From Octopus sinensis (lineage: Eukaryota): a stretch of 64,000 bases of DNA. The notes below the pieces were generated by a model, which was not told the origin of the DNA, searched no databases, and saw only the letters and a program-made list of their open reading frames with translations. The stretch covers positions 140,740,001 through 140,804,000 of the forward strand of contig NC_043000.1 in NCBI RefSeq assembly GCF_006345805.1, read 5' to 3'. Within the stretch, counting starts at the first letter, position 1; every line of letters begins with the position of its first letter. This document shows, in pieces, positions 13,070 through 26,680 of this stretch. The position numbers were made by a program, and so were the translations under genes.

Positions 13070-13490
13070 TGTCTGTGTGTGTGTTTCTGTGTGTTTGTGT
13101 ATGTGTATGTGTGTGTGTGTATATGAGCATGTGTGTGTGTGTGCATAAATGTGTGTATGTGTTTGTGTGTGCATGTGTGTGTATGTGAGTGTGTGCATAA
13201 ATGTGTGCATGTGTGCATGCGCGTGCGCACGTGTGTGTGTGTGTGTGCATATAAGAGATGTACAATGTACTGTAAGTATATATTCAGAGTAAGCAGTAGC
13301 CTGAATAAAGTAAAATTTGTATAAAAGTCTACCTTTTGACAGGAAATGTTTGCACATACATATATACACAAACAGACACACACACACACACACACAGACA
13401 TACACACACACACACACACACACGTATGTATGCACACAAACACACATGCACATACAAACACCCATACTCACACACACACACACACACACA
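13070..13490. repeat. (TG)n-rich and (CA)n-rich microsatellite arms
   Basis: TG-rich 13073-13250 and CA-rich 13355-13490. Confidence 0.95.
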
Positions 13491-13851
13491 CAAATAAGGT
13501 GCATGGATATATTTGTGTTTAAGAAGATTGCTTAACAGTACTGCTGTTTCAGATCAAGTCCTGCTGCATAGCACCTTAAGCAAGTAACTTCTGCAATAAT
13601 ACAAAGCCAATCAATGGCTTCTGAATGGATTTGCCAAAGTTTTACCAAGTGAAAACTGTGTGGAAACTCTGCACACACACATGCGTTCACACACGTATGG
13701 ACACAACAAACATTGACATGTTTCAACTGAGGAAGATATTACATAAGAGATGAAATTCCCTTTTTAACTATTGCATAATGATCTGAAACATATGTATTAA
13801 ATATATTCAAAATATCATATACCTGGTTTGATTACAATCAATATATATTTA

Positions 13852-14732
13852 CAGGCTGTTTGGGCTTAATTTAACAATTCTTATGTGTCCTTTTTTTCAA
13901 GAACATCTAGTTGTATAGGTGAACAGTTAATGGTGTTGGAGAGCATACAAATTAAAGTTGTGGTTGAGAAAAAGTTAACTGATATGGGTTACTTGAAGTC
14001 ATCTGAATATTGAATAAGTGTTACATGTATTATGATGGTTTGCACTGGGTATCAAAATGCCATCATGGTGGCTACTCAATTACTCTGTGAACACTGTAAA
14101 GGTTGTAAGATATGACATTAACAAATGCAGTGGAGACTATGAAGTCGTGGCCATTACAAAGAGACATAGCTGGCATTCTGGCTGTGTCCGTATGCCAGAA
14201 TTACTCCAAGTGAAGAACAGGGCCTTGGCTTCAATTCATGTGGCTATGTAAAGCTGTTATGTGACTATGGTAAAACCCTGGCTGGAGTGGGTTGCTGCTG
14301 GGAGGCCATTTGTGTAGCAGTAAGACTTAGCTCTTTGCCATATTTCTACAAAGCATCAGAAGTGGTTGCTGGAGAATTTCTATGATTTTACCTGCTCCAA
14401 TTTCTAACCTCTTAATTCTCCTTATTGTAATCCCATGGATTATTATGTGTGGTGCATGGCTGAGAAAGACATCAACTGTTCTACCTGCAACACCAAGGCT
14501 GAAGTAGTGGCCAAGATCAAGGAGGTTTTCAAAGATCTTCCTGGTGATCCAGTGAAGAATGCATGCACCAGGTTCCAGAGCCATTTTGAGGTCATGGTGA
14601 AAAGCTGTGGGTGGCTACTTGAGTTATCTCCCAACCATAATGTAGTTGATATTTTTTTTCATTTTGAAAATACTTTTATTTTTGGATGGAATATTGTTTT
14701 CTTTTCCTGTCAAATTTAGCACAAACATCCTG
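13852..14732 (+). mobile_element. Internally deleted Tc1/mariner element, DD37D (maT-type) transposase pseudogene
   Basis: TA|CAGGCTGTTTGGGCTTAATTTAACA and TGTCAAATTTAGCACAAACATCCTG|TA form imperfect ~25-bp TIRs with a TA TSD. The frame KPWLEWVAAGRPFV*Q*D(14324)LALCH...NSPYCNPMD(14438)YYVW has exactly 37 residues between the 2nd and 3rd catalytic D. An N-terminal remnant lies at ~14057-14200. Confidence 0.88.
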
Positions 14733-14760
14733 TATATATGAATGTTTATAAATATATATA

Positions 14761-15163
14761 TTGTCCGTTGCCAGCCTTGCCTGGCCCCTGTGCCGGTGGC
14801 ACATAGAAGCACTATCCGTTTGTGTCCGTTGCCAGCCTCGCCTGGCCCCCGTGCCGGTTGTACGTAAATGCACCATCCGTTCGTGTCCGTTGCCAGCCTC
14901 GCCTGGCCCCCGTGCCGGTGGCACGTAAAAGCACCATCTGTTCGTGGCTGTTTGCCAGCTCCGTCTGGCACCTGTGTGGGTGGCACGTAAAAAGCACCCA
15001 CTACACTCACGGAGTGGTTGGCGTTAGGAAGGGCATCCAGCCGTAGAAACACTGCCAGATCAGACTGAGCCTGATGCGGCCTTCTGGCTTCACAGACCCC
15101 AGTTGAACCGTCCAACCCATGCTAGCATGGAAAGCGGATGCTAAATGATGATGATGATGATGA
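14761..15163 (+). mobile_element. RTE family R 3' UTR copy with ~61-bp internal repeat x3-4
   Basis: Units start at 14763, 14824 and 14885; (GAT)n tail. Confidence 0.85.
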
Positions 15164-15934
15164 TATATATGTTTATATGTAGATAGATAGATATATGAAT
15201 ATTTATGTGTATCAATCTATCTATTTTTCTGTCTCATCTATCTCTCTACCAATCAGTCAATCTGTCTACACACACATGCGCACACACACACACACACACA
15301 CACGGATTTTCTCCAGTGTGTATGACAATAAGATTTCAGCTGTTTGATCAGCCAAATTCTCAGCTCCACTATTAACATAAAAGTGGTAGAATTATTCACA
15401 GACGTAGGTAACCTTAACTGATTCTGATTACATTGGATAAATTTTTTTCTGTGCCTTCCTAACATTCTATCTTTGCGAAGTAAGACTTAGAGTCAAATGA
15501 TCTAAAACATTTTCATTTCAGTTTCTTGAGCATCAAACTTGTGATTATAGCCTGTGTTCTAGCTTTTAATCTTATTTCTTTATTGTCAATTTTGCACTTG
15601 AGTATAAATGTTCATGCGGTCATATAGTCAAGGTTATTTTTCTGCTATTTCCCACGCCACTGAATTCTTCTCTGATCTTAGGTTTACCGATAGATTCTAA
15701 CATGTGTCTTTGCATTCTCAAATGTTTTTAATAACTACCGTTTAAATACGACTCTGGATTCTTTGCAACCAAACATGTGTATGTGTATGTGTTTGTGAAT
15801 GTGTGTGCATGTGTATGGCGTGTATGTGTATTGATGGTTAGTACTAATGACTAATAGTAATAACCATCAGTCTGTATTTTAAGGCTTAAAACTTGCATGG
15901 TTTTGGCTTTAATAAAATATTTAAGAAATGATAT

Positions 15935-15983
<49 letters not shown>

Positions 15984-16021
15984 CACTCAAACACACACAC
16001 ACACACACACTGTTATTCATT

Positions 16022-16422
16022 TATTCTTTTACTTGTTTCAGTAATTTGACTGTGGCCATGCTGGAGCACCACCTTTAGTCGAGCATATCAACCCTAGGAC
16101 TGATTCTTTGTAAGCCTAGTACTTAGTTTATCAGTCTCTTTTGTCAAACCACTAAGTTATGGGGACATAAACACACCAGCATCAGTTGTCAAGTGATAAG
16201 AGATGATGGCAGACACACAAACATATATATATAAGTGTGTGTGTATGTATATATATATATACGACAGGCTTCTTTTAATTTCTGTTTACCAAATCCACTC
16301 ACAAGGGTTTTGTCAGCTCGAGGCTATAGCAGAAGACATTTGCCAAAGGTGCCATGCAGTGGGACTGAAGTGAGAACCATGTGGTTGGTAAGCAAGCTAC
16401 TTAACACACAGCCACTCCTGTG

Positions 16423-16424
<2 letters not shown>
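16022..16424 (-). mobile_element. SINE family A, full length
   Basis: Reverse complement of the 7259-7625 pattern. Confidence 0.88.
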
Positions 16425-16464
<40 letters not shown>

Positions 16465-16758
16465 TAACAAGAAAATGGAAGGGATCAAGAGGTGGTGTTC
16501 ATCAACATTTTGACATTATATTATGTCTATTTGTTTATTTTTTAAAAATAATTATAACAATATACATACATATGTAACATATTATGCTTTACATATATAA
16601 AAATACCAGTAATTATTACAATATATAATGTAGAACATTGAATAAAAAACAAAAGAAAACACTTGTGCATTAACAATTGGGTATTTCACCAGAAGTATAT
16701 TGGATAGATATTATCCCTTAGTTGGTTGGATTCACAAACTCTAACTCTCTTGGAATTA

Positions 16759-17093
16759 GAAGTAGAAGAAGAAGCACTGTCAGTTACGACGATGAAGGTC
16801 CCAGCTGATACGTTCAACGGAACAGCTTGCTCGTGAAATTAACATGCAAGTGACTGAGCAATCCAAAGACACATGTACCCCTAACGTAGTTCTCAGGGAG
16901 ATTCAGCATGACACAGAGTGTGACAAGCCCGGCCCTTTGAAATACAGGTACAACTCCTTTTTGTCAGCTGAGTGGACTGGAGCAATGTGAAATAAAGTGT
17001 CTTGCTCAAGGACTCAATGCGTCACCAAGAATTGAACTCATGATCTTTAAGTCGTGGGCCGAATGCCCTAACCACTAAGCTATGCACCTTCAC
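16759..17093 (-). mobile_element. tRNA-derived SINE family C
   Basis: Minus strand: TAGCTTAGTGG (A box), GAGTTCAATTC (B box), CCTTGAGCAAGACACTT core and (TTC)n tail. 10-bp TSD CTTGGAATTA at 16749-16758 and 17094-17103. Confidence 0.85.
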
Positions 17094-17118
17094 CTTGGAA
17101 TTATATATATATATATAT

Positions 17119-17398
17119 ACGTAAAAAGCACCATCCATTCGTGGCTGTTGCCAGCCCCGCCTGGTCCCCGTGCTGGTGGCACATAAAAAGCACCATCCGA
17201 TCGTGGCCATTTGCCAGACTCGTCTGGCACGTAAAAAGCACCCACTACACTCATGGAGTGGTTGGTGTTAGGAAGGGCATCCAGCCGTAGAAACATTGCC
17301 AGATCAGACTGGGCCTGGTGCAGCCTTCTGGCTTCCCAGACCCCAGTTGAACCGTCCAACCCATGCTAGTATGGAAAGCGGATGCTAGATGATGATGA

Positions 17399-17402
<4 letters not shown>
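17119..17402 (+). mobile_element. RTE family R 3' UTR copy
   Basis: Matches other R copies; (GAT)n tail; inserted in a TA run. Confidence 0.85.
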
Positions 17403-17461
<59 letters not shown>

Positions 17462-17749
17462 GTATATGATGGCTCTACTTGTTAGTTGAGCATGACTATC
17501 AATGACAAATGCTAGTAATACTCCTACAGGAGTTTTAAGTCAAGTGCAACTTACACAACATCACAATGACTCACACTTGCAATGCCAAGAAGTCCAGACA
17601 CAAGCAAAGTACAAGATATCCAGTTCAGTAGACCAATAGGTTTTGTGTATGAGTTAGCCAAGTCCAAGAAGAATAATTTGATAAAGATCAGAGATTCCCC
17701 ATTTGAAGTGGGTTTACTGCAGCCTTGCGTGCCAACCTGAGTATTTCTA

Positions 17750-17908
17750 CATATGTATGCATGTATACATACATACAGGCATACATAAATATATACAAGC
17801 ATGCATGCATACATACATACACACACATATATACACACATGCCTGCACACACACATACACACATATACATACACACACATATATACAAATATGCCTGCAC
17901 ACACACAC

Positions 17909-17956
<48 letters not shown>

Positions 17957-18140
17957 ATATATATGTATGTGTGTGTATATATATGCATGCATACATACAT
18001 ACACACATATATATACACACACACACATATATATGCATACATAGATAAAAAATATATGTGTGTGTGTGTATATGCCTATATATGCACATACATACACATG
18101 TGCACACACATACACACACACAAGCATACACATACAATTA
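17750..18140. repeat. Compound CA/TA/TG microsatellite
   Basis: Directly visible. Confidence 0.95.
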
Positions 18141-18649
18141 TATCAGTGTATGTATTGAAGTAGCCAATGTATGAAGTAATGCTTTGATACTAATAGTTAC
18201 ATGAAAGGTTTATAAAAAGAACCAATCAATAGACAATATGAAAACAGCAGCCTTCCATGAAAGTACACCAACTTGTACCAGATCACAAGTTGGTGTACTT
18301 TTGTGAGCAGTTACTGCTCTTTTATTGTCTAAAGATTGATTGGTTTTCTTAACTCTATCATGAAGCTATTAGTTTATGCAATGACAAATATATAGCAAAA
18401 TATGTGCGTGTAAGTATGTATGTATGCATATATGTATTTATGTATGTATATATATGCATTTATACTTGCATGTATGTATGTATATGTTGTCAAAATAAAA
18501 GAAAATAGCAAATAGCTCCAAGTTTCAAATATGATTGATGTATTTGTGTACAAAGAAAGAAGTACTTGGTTTCTCCTAAAATGACTTCTTTGAATTGAAT
18601 GACCCCCCCTTCCCATACACACACCAATGTAGAGCATCCACACTGAAAC

Positions 18650-18956
18650 TTATACATATATACTGCGAATATATGTGTGCATATACATATATATACATAT
18701 ATACATATATATATATACATATACATACATATATATACATACACATATATATACATATACATATACATATACACATACATATATATACATATATATATAC
18801 ATATACATATATATACATACATATATATACATATATATATACATATACATATATATACATACATATACATAAATATACATATAGATGCATATACATATAC
18901 ATGCATATACATATATATACATACATATACATGCATATACATATACTTATATATAC

Positions 18957-18989
<33 letters not shown>

Positions 18990-19110
18990 CATATACATAT
19001 ATACATATACATATATATATACATATATCCTACATATATACATATACATATATACATATACATACATATACTATACATATATACATATACATACATATAC
19101 ATACATATAC

Positions 19111-19150
<40 letters not shown>

Positions 19151-19208
19151 ACATACATATACATACATATACATATACATATACATATATATACATTACT
19201 ACATATAC

Positions 19209-19287
<79 letters not shown>

Positions 19288-19300
19288 ATACACACACACA
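18650..19300. repeat. (TATACA)n/(TA)n microsatellite
   Basis: Directly visible. Confidence 0.97.
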
Positions 19301-19969
19301 TATGTGTGTGTGTTTTTGTGCGAGAGTGTGCTTGCGTGTGTATGTCTTTAATCATATAGAATCTATTCTTGTGTGTGTGTTTTTTTCCCCTCTCTCACAT
19401 TTTCTCTTTCTGTCAGTGGCACAAGTGAACACCATTTTTTTTGCAGCCTATGATCTACTTTTATCTAGACTTTTACAACTAGACTCTAAATGAATAAAAA
19501 TGTATGCTAAATACCTGTCTTGTTCACCTTTTATATCAACAGAAATCGTTATACAAGTGCTTTAGTTTAAAGGATCTATTATTAGTTAAATTGCATTCAA
19601 TGCTTTGCAATAATGCATTTTAGCTCTTAATGTATACGACATATTTGCTGGTAGAATAAACATTTTCCCTGTTTGAAATGAATGAAATTGGGATATAAGT
19701 GGTGGTAAGATGACACCTTTTTAACAGGCAATATTTTTTATTAATTTCATAATCTAAAGCCAAAATTGTAAACTTCTGTCTTTATATTTATGCTATAATG
19801 TGGAAAATACATATTCTTGGATTTAGCAATCCATCACAAAGATTGTTCCTGTAATGGCACAATATTATCGCAAACTATGTCATACTAATTCTACTTAAAA
19901 ATTATGTTAAGGTACATATATCTATCCATCTGTCTGTTTGTCTCTCAATATATATGTAAATATATATAT

Positions 19970-20355
19970 GTTTGTTCTTTTGAGCCATGCCTGGTTCATA
20001 AGGGCTGGTACCCCAGTTTCCTTGGTGTATAGTCTCCCCACCTGGATGGGACGCCAGTCAGTCACAGGTGAGCAGCATGATGCAGGAGGAGAGAGTGAGA
20101 GAAAGTTGTGGCAAAAGAGTCAGCAGAAGTTCGCCATTACTTTCTGCCAGAGCCGCGCGGTGCGTAGGTGTTTCGCTCATAAACACACACACTGCCCAGT
20201 CTGAGATTTGAACCTGTGATCCCTCGGCCATGAGTCTGCTGCTTTAAACACTAGTGTTTCGCCATAAAAACAACACACTGCCCAGTCTGAGATTTGAACC
20301 TGTGATCCCTCGGCCATGAGTCTGCTGCTTTTTAAACACTAGGCCATGTGCCTCC
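19970..20355 (-). mobile_element. tRNA-derived SINE family D with tandemly duplicated head
   Basis: Homologous to 31875-32182 (ACAACTTTCTCTCACTCT, GACTGGCGTCCC.TCCAG). An ~86-bp head segment is repeated at 20168-20253 and 20254-20342. Confidence 0.8.
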
Positions 20356-20419
20356 ATACTCTCTCTCTCTCTCTCTCTCTCTCTGTATGTATAATATATA
20401 TATATAAATATTATTCCGA

Positions 20420-22875
20420 GACAAACCATATTTTGCAAAACAAACAAGGAAGGAAAGACTTAAACAATACATAAATTTAATAAATAGTCAAAAAAACCGC
20501 CACTACAATCGTTTATGTTGATCGACAATTTCAGGTGGACGCCAATCTACAAAAATCAATATTTTAAAAATAAAATAAGAATTTTAAAATAATTAAAGTA
20601 TGAATTCAAAAAATAAAGTAATATATAAGCCATTACTAACCTATCTATCGGCCATATTAATCAATATATAAACAATATATAAACTAAAAAAAACCTATCA
20701 ACAATTTAAAATATTAAATATAAAATATAAATATAAAATAAAAAATAAAAAATATAAAAAATGAAACAAAAAAAAAAAATAATAATAATAAATATTAAAA
20801 CTATATATACACCATACGCATATACCTAATTATATATAACCATATCACCTACATACATAAATCACACACCCTATATTATATCCCTTAATACACATAAAAA
20901 TGTTAGGCAACTATAAATAAAGAAAATAGCTATCTATTCAACCACAATACTATTCATACTCCCAACACACACACATTAGAAACCCACATTCACGCACTTA
21001 GAAAATGGACATCACTCAAACTATGAACGGAGAAATAGAATAATGGAATTTAAAAATTATATTCACTTGGTTTAAAACGAACACTCTTAAAAATATGATT
21101 GAAACAATGCAATAAAACAACAGAATCGCACAATAGAAACAAATTACTACAAATTCCTTATCAAACCTACCATGATAACCAAAAGCTCATAAAAACCATA
21201 TAATGATAAAATCTCCTTTACTAAAACTCTATAACAAACCTATATAGCAATCCCCCTAACCTAAACATTCCACAACAAATACACCACGGAAACCCACACC
21301 TACCACGACATATCCAAATAACCACACCACTTACACATACCAATATCATACATATAAACCTTCAACATATACTCCAAAAAACCACTCTCAACCCCACACA
21401 GACAAATAAACCCAAAAATTATCATGGATTCTTTATAAAACTACCATGATAAGCTAAAACTCACAAAACAGAAATGATAAAACCTCCCTTTACTAAACAC
21501 TAAAACATACTTATATAGCAATTCCTTTAACCTATACATTCACACACAAAAAACCCACTCGTAAACCACACACCCATAACAAATACAAAAACTTTCCCAC
21601 CCACTCACACACACCCACAAGTAAGAAAGCCTCAACAGATATACACCAAACAAATTACTTACCAAGGAACTAACATATATATAAAAGTTATCACGCTCTG
21701 GAAAAGAACATCTCTAAATTAATGAATGGAGAAATGGAATAAATGGAAGAAAATAATTCAGTGGCAAAACGAAACTCACTCAAAAATTAGAATTGAAACA
21801 ATATAATAAAACAACCAACATCGAAAAAAGACAAAATACTACGAATTCCCTCAAAAAAAAACCATGATAAACCAAACTTTTAAAAAACATATAACGATAA
21901 AAATCTCCCTATGCTAAACTCTATAACAACCTATAAAGTAATCCCCCCTAACCTAAACATTCACACACAAACACACACGTAAACACAGACCCACGACTTA
22001 TACACATACCTAAACTAACTTATAAACCTCCATATACAAAAAAACCACTCCCTCCCACAACAGACAATTAACTCATACATCCCAAACACCTAAATACAAA
22101 CCCAATAGACATTCACAACACAAACACACACAACCGCAAAACACACACACCAACAAGATTACATATACTCCATCACATATACGCATATCATATCACTAAA
22201 CTCAATATATACAACCAATATTTACACACCCACACTCATACAGATAATAAATTATACAACTAAAACTCGCACACAATCTCAAATCATAAACACTCCATGA
22301 AAACAACATTAATACATCTTATTAAACCAGAATATCAAAAATAACAATAGACATAAGTAAATAAAATACATACTTACAATTCAGTGTCAAATTATGAAGT
22401 GAAATTAAATTCTTAGCCGTTTAAAAAATCAAACCAAAATTACGTTTGCCATAGAAATAACTTGTAAAAAAGACTAACAAACAACTTGCAGTAACCCAAT
22501 CCCATTCTCTATGCCTACCTCACTACTAAACTATTCCATTCACAATTCCAAACAACACTAGTCCACCTCCGGGTATTCACGTGGACAAAACGAACACCAC
22601 TTCAAAAATTATGAATTGTGAAAACAATTTATTTTAATAAAACAACCAACATCGAAAATAGGACCAAATTACCACGAGAATTCCCTAAAAAAAAACCATG
22701 ATATAACCTATAAAACTCCTTAAAAATTATAACGATAAATCTCCTTTGCTAAACTCTATAACAACCTATATAGCAATCTCCCTAACCTAAACATTCACAC
22801 ACCAAAATACACACTCGTAAACACAGACCCACGACTTATACACCAGTACCTATACTAACTTATAAAACCTCAATA
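20420..22875 (+). mobile_element. Probable Penelope-like element remnant: four imperfect partial copies of a GIY-YIG-end/3' UTR-like block
   Basis: A shared core CCATGATA..TCTCC..CTAAACTCTATAACAACCTATA..CCTAACCTAAACATTCAC anchors at 21170, 21444, 21862 and 22696. A frameshift-tolerant reading (NSVAK..NNI.IKQPT..KILEF..KSPLLNSITTYI) resembles the PLE endonuclease C-terminus. An inverted decayed hammerhead lies at 20500-20538. Very indel-rich. Confidence 0.4.
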
Positions 22876-22877
22876 TC

Positions 22878-23056
22878 ACTTGACAACTGATGCTGGTGTG
22901 TCTATCCCCGTAACTTAGCAGTTCTGCAAAAGAGACCGATAGAATAAGTACTAGGCTTACAAAGAAAATGTCCTGGGGTCAACTTGCTCAACTAAAGGCA
23001 GTACTCCAGCATGGCCATAGTCAAATGACTGAAACAAGTAAAAGAATAAAAGAATA
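22878..23056 (+). mobile_element. SINE family A, 3' half
   Basis: CTTGACAACTGATGCTGGTGTG ... ACAAGTAAAAGAATAAAAGA. Confidence 0.85.
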
Positions 23057-23181
23057 ATAATTAAGTATGTGCCTCTGGTGATTCTTCCATATCAATTCTA
23101 TTGATGAAAGCGAGTTCGATTATTGTTTATGGAATTAATTATCTTGTTTTATCCTCATATATATATATATAATATATATAT

Positions 23182-23803
23182 ACTAGCATTATGACCTGTC
23201 GTTGCCGGATCATAGTGCTAGTGCATGTATATATGTGTATATATATATGTGTACATATTACATGTACATCTATATATATACATCTACACATAAAATACAA
23301 AGTTATATCTTAATATCGCTAGTGATAACAATACTCAAAATATATAACAGACTGGAATTGTAGGCCAGTCTCTTGCAATTTCGATCAATTGTACCTTGTA
23401 TAGAAGTGTGGCTGCAATCCAGCCTACCTCTACTTCTGGGGGGGACATTTTAAATTTTTATCCGGGACGTCCTACAATTATATACTTTAGGTTGATTTTA
23501 ATTATTACTTACTACATATAATTCAATTGTTATTATTATCTCTAATTTTTATTGTTAAAGTAAGTATCTGACATAAAATAGAGAAATGTTTGTTTTCACT
23601 TTTAACATTTAATACTGAAATAGTGGAGAGAAGATATGATATGCTATGGGCTCGCCCTAGGCAAGGAGTTGAACATTTTTTTTGCCCATGAAAATACATG
23701 GACCCTAAGTAAGGCATGTGTAAAATCTGAATGAAATTGGTTGTGTAGTTCTCAAGTTTCAGGGAAACACACAGACAGACAGACAGACAGACACACATTC
23801 TCA

Positions 23804-23825
<22 letters not shown>
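23182..23825 (-). mobile_element. Non-autonomous Helitron-like element
   Basis: The minus-strand 5' end (TA)nAAAACTGAGAATGTGTGT(CTGT)n..TTGAGAAC..ACCAATTTCATTCAGATTTT resembles Lep1-type Helitron starts. The 3' end is a hairpin followed by CTAG|T at 23222-23182. Confidence 0.6.
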
Positions 23826-23849
<24 letters not shown>

Positions 23850-23917
23850 CATATATACACATACATAATATACATATATATACATACATATATACATATA
23901 TATACATACATATATAC

Positions 23918-23948
<31 letters not shown>

Positions 23949-26680
23949 ACATTACATAATTATACATACATATATATATATACATATATGTGTATTCAAG
24001 CTATACATACTCTCCAACTTTCTCTTGCTCACACACACGTACACACACACTTGTATGAAATCTGGCTCTCAATTCCTGCTAGATTTGCTTGGGTATACTC
24101 ATTCTAGATGTAGACCTTTCTAAATTAGAATAATCCAGAAATATTGTTTCTTACTTAAAAATTAAAATAAAGTTTGACTTCATCTTAGAAATGTTCAATA
24201 AATATTTTACTAGCATATAAAATCCAATTCATATTGAGAAGTTAAAAGAAATCTTGGTGGAGTCTTGGTGTTGCAGACAACTGGCTTCATGGATGGCAGT
24301 TCTTATCCTGACATGGGTGCAACACAAGATCCATAGTCCTGGTACTTTACTTCTGATGGTTAGCATATCAACTTAAAACTATATATATCACTGTATTGAG
24401 TCATTCATTGTTATAAACATTGGCAGTGGTGAAGACACAACATACATTTACATTTATAATTTATTCAATCTATTATCATGATAGTATCAATCTGTTATCA
24501 GGATATTGTGAATCTTCTGTGGGACAGCATGTCAGATATCCCCTTGATACAGACCTATTCATATTGCATTACCTAGCTATTTTGATTTCTAGGGATATGG
24601 AACAAGTGATGGTGCATATGTTAACTGGATTTTCTATGTAAATTGGAGTCATGAGAGACATCAGATTAAACACTGTCAGCGAAACAAGCAACTGAGAAAA
24701 GAGTCAGATAAATTATATTACAAAGTGATGATGCTTAAGTGTCGGTCTAGGACTTCAATAAAAGTACAATGATATATGGCATACAGCTCTAATTTCAATT
24801 TTTCTTTGATCTGATCAGATCTAATAAGAAATCATTATAAGGCCAAATTTGATCATTGTATGATTTCTTTAATAACAAATTAACAGTATAATAGATTTTG
24901 GTTACACATAAGTTCAGTTAAAATCAAATACGCATCACTAACAGTATGAATTTTTATATATTGCTAATGTACATATCATCAACTTATTACTAGATGAAAG
25001 TCTTAAAACATATCATGTTTCAGTTATTTTGTGTATTGAAATCAGAAATGATACTGGAAATGTTGCCATTTTGTTTTTTTGTCCTATATCTAAATTACTC
25101 TATTGCAAAAGAATAAGTTATATACAATGAACAAAGTGATTTATTTCAAGTGTAGTTATTTCACTTAACTATATTCTAAATAGTTTCGAAGCTTTCATAA
25201 AACATTTCTGCATTAATGTTTTTTTTTGTTCATTTTTACTTGTTTTCTTTTTTTATTAAATATTTCTTCATTTAATTTTTGGTTCCTTTCTGTTTAGTTC
25301 TGATTTGTTCTGAGACAGGGGATTTGTTTGTAATGTTATACAATTGCTAATGTAATAAAAAAAAATAAAATAAAATAAAATAAAACAAACTACAAAAAAA
25401 AAATAGAATTCAAAATAATCCAGTTCCTCTTCAATGTTGGCATTAATGCCTTGGAGATAAGTGTTGAAATTTGCATTGACAGGTTTGTTTCGCTTCAAGC
25501 TGATTATTTCAATGTGCTGCTAGTAAATAGACAAAGAACAGCAATACTAAATACTAAAGGAATAGTTTCCTAATGTCTGAATTCTATATTTACCAAAGTG
25601 TTTTGTAATGGGTGAAAATAAAACAATCAATCAAAAGAAAATTTAAACATGAATGAAAAATAAAGAATTTCAATGCAAAAATAAATTTGATGCAAAAACA
25701 AAAACATTTCAAAACCCACATCAAGAGGTAAATAAAAAAACCAAAAAAAAATACAAAAAAAACAAAAAAAAAAAAACACTAAAATGCTTTCAAATTGAAA
25801 TATTAGAATTATTTTATGAAATGAGCAGGCATTTTCCAATTGAAGAACTATTGTGACAAGGCATAAATAAGTATTATGCCTGGGGTGTATTTGTCTGCTT
25901 TGAAGAAAATTTACATTTTCTAATTTACCATTAATAAAAGAAACAAATAACAACAACAACAATGATGATAGTTTCGGTGGTGTTGGTGTTGTTATTGTGT
26001 TGTTGATGGTGGTGGTTTTGGTGTTGATGGTAGTAGTAGTAGCAGTGTAGGTGGTTGTGCTGGTTCTCATTAACCTTTAATCAAGATCTTTTCTAGGGAC
26101 AGCTTCAGAATAGTAAACAGTATTCATAAAAAGAAATCAAGCAAAATAGCAAAGTTTATGCTCTGTAACTTAAATATATATCTATACGCACACTAAAATG
26201 ACATATACAAATATATATCTGTATATATATATATATAAATATATATATATATAGATACATATATATACATATATACATATACATATATATATATACATAT
26301 ACATATAAATATATACATATACATATAAATATATACATATACATATATATATATATACAAATATATATCTGTATGCACATTGCACAAACATAAGTTATTC
26401 GATTTAAATATCCAATAATTTGATAGTTATATCTGTATCAGGCTGACTTCTGAGACCATTATCATTGATACTACTACTACTACTACCACCACCACTACAA
26501 CTGCAACCATGGTAGTGGTAGTAGTAGTAGCGGTGGTGGTATTGTGTGATAAGTTATGGTGTGGTGTGTAGCTGCTTATTCCACATAAAGCTCATTTTAC
26601 ACAGATCATCCACCATCAGGTTGGAATGTCTTTTTTTGGTTTCTTAATAGATTCCCACCATTAATATATGTATCTTCAAC

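Noticed and set aside
25268-26070. Minus-strand ORFs of 76 and 147 aa
   Set aside because: Low-complexity T-rich and trinucleotide sequence, no recognisable domain and no consistent splice sites.
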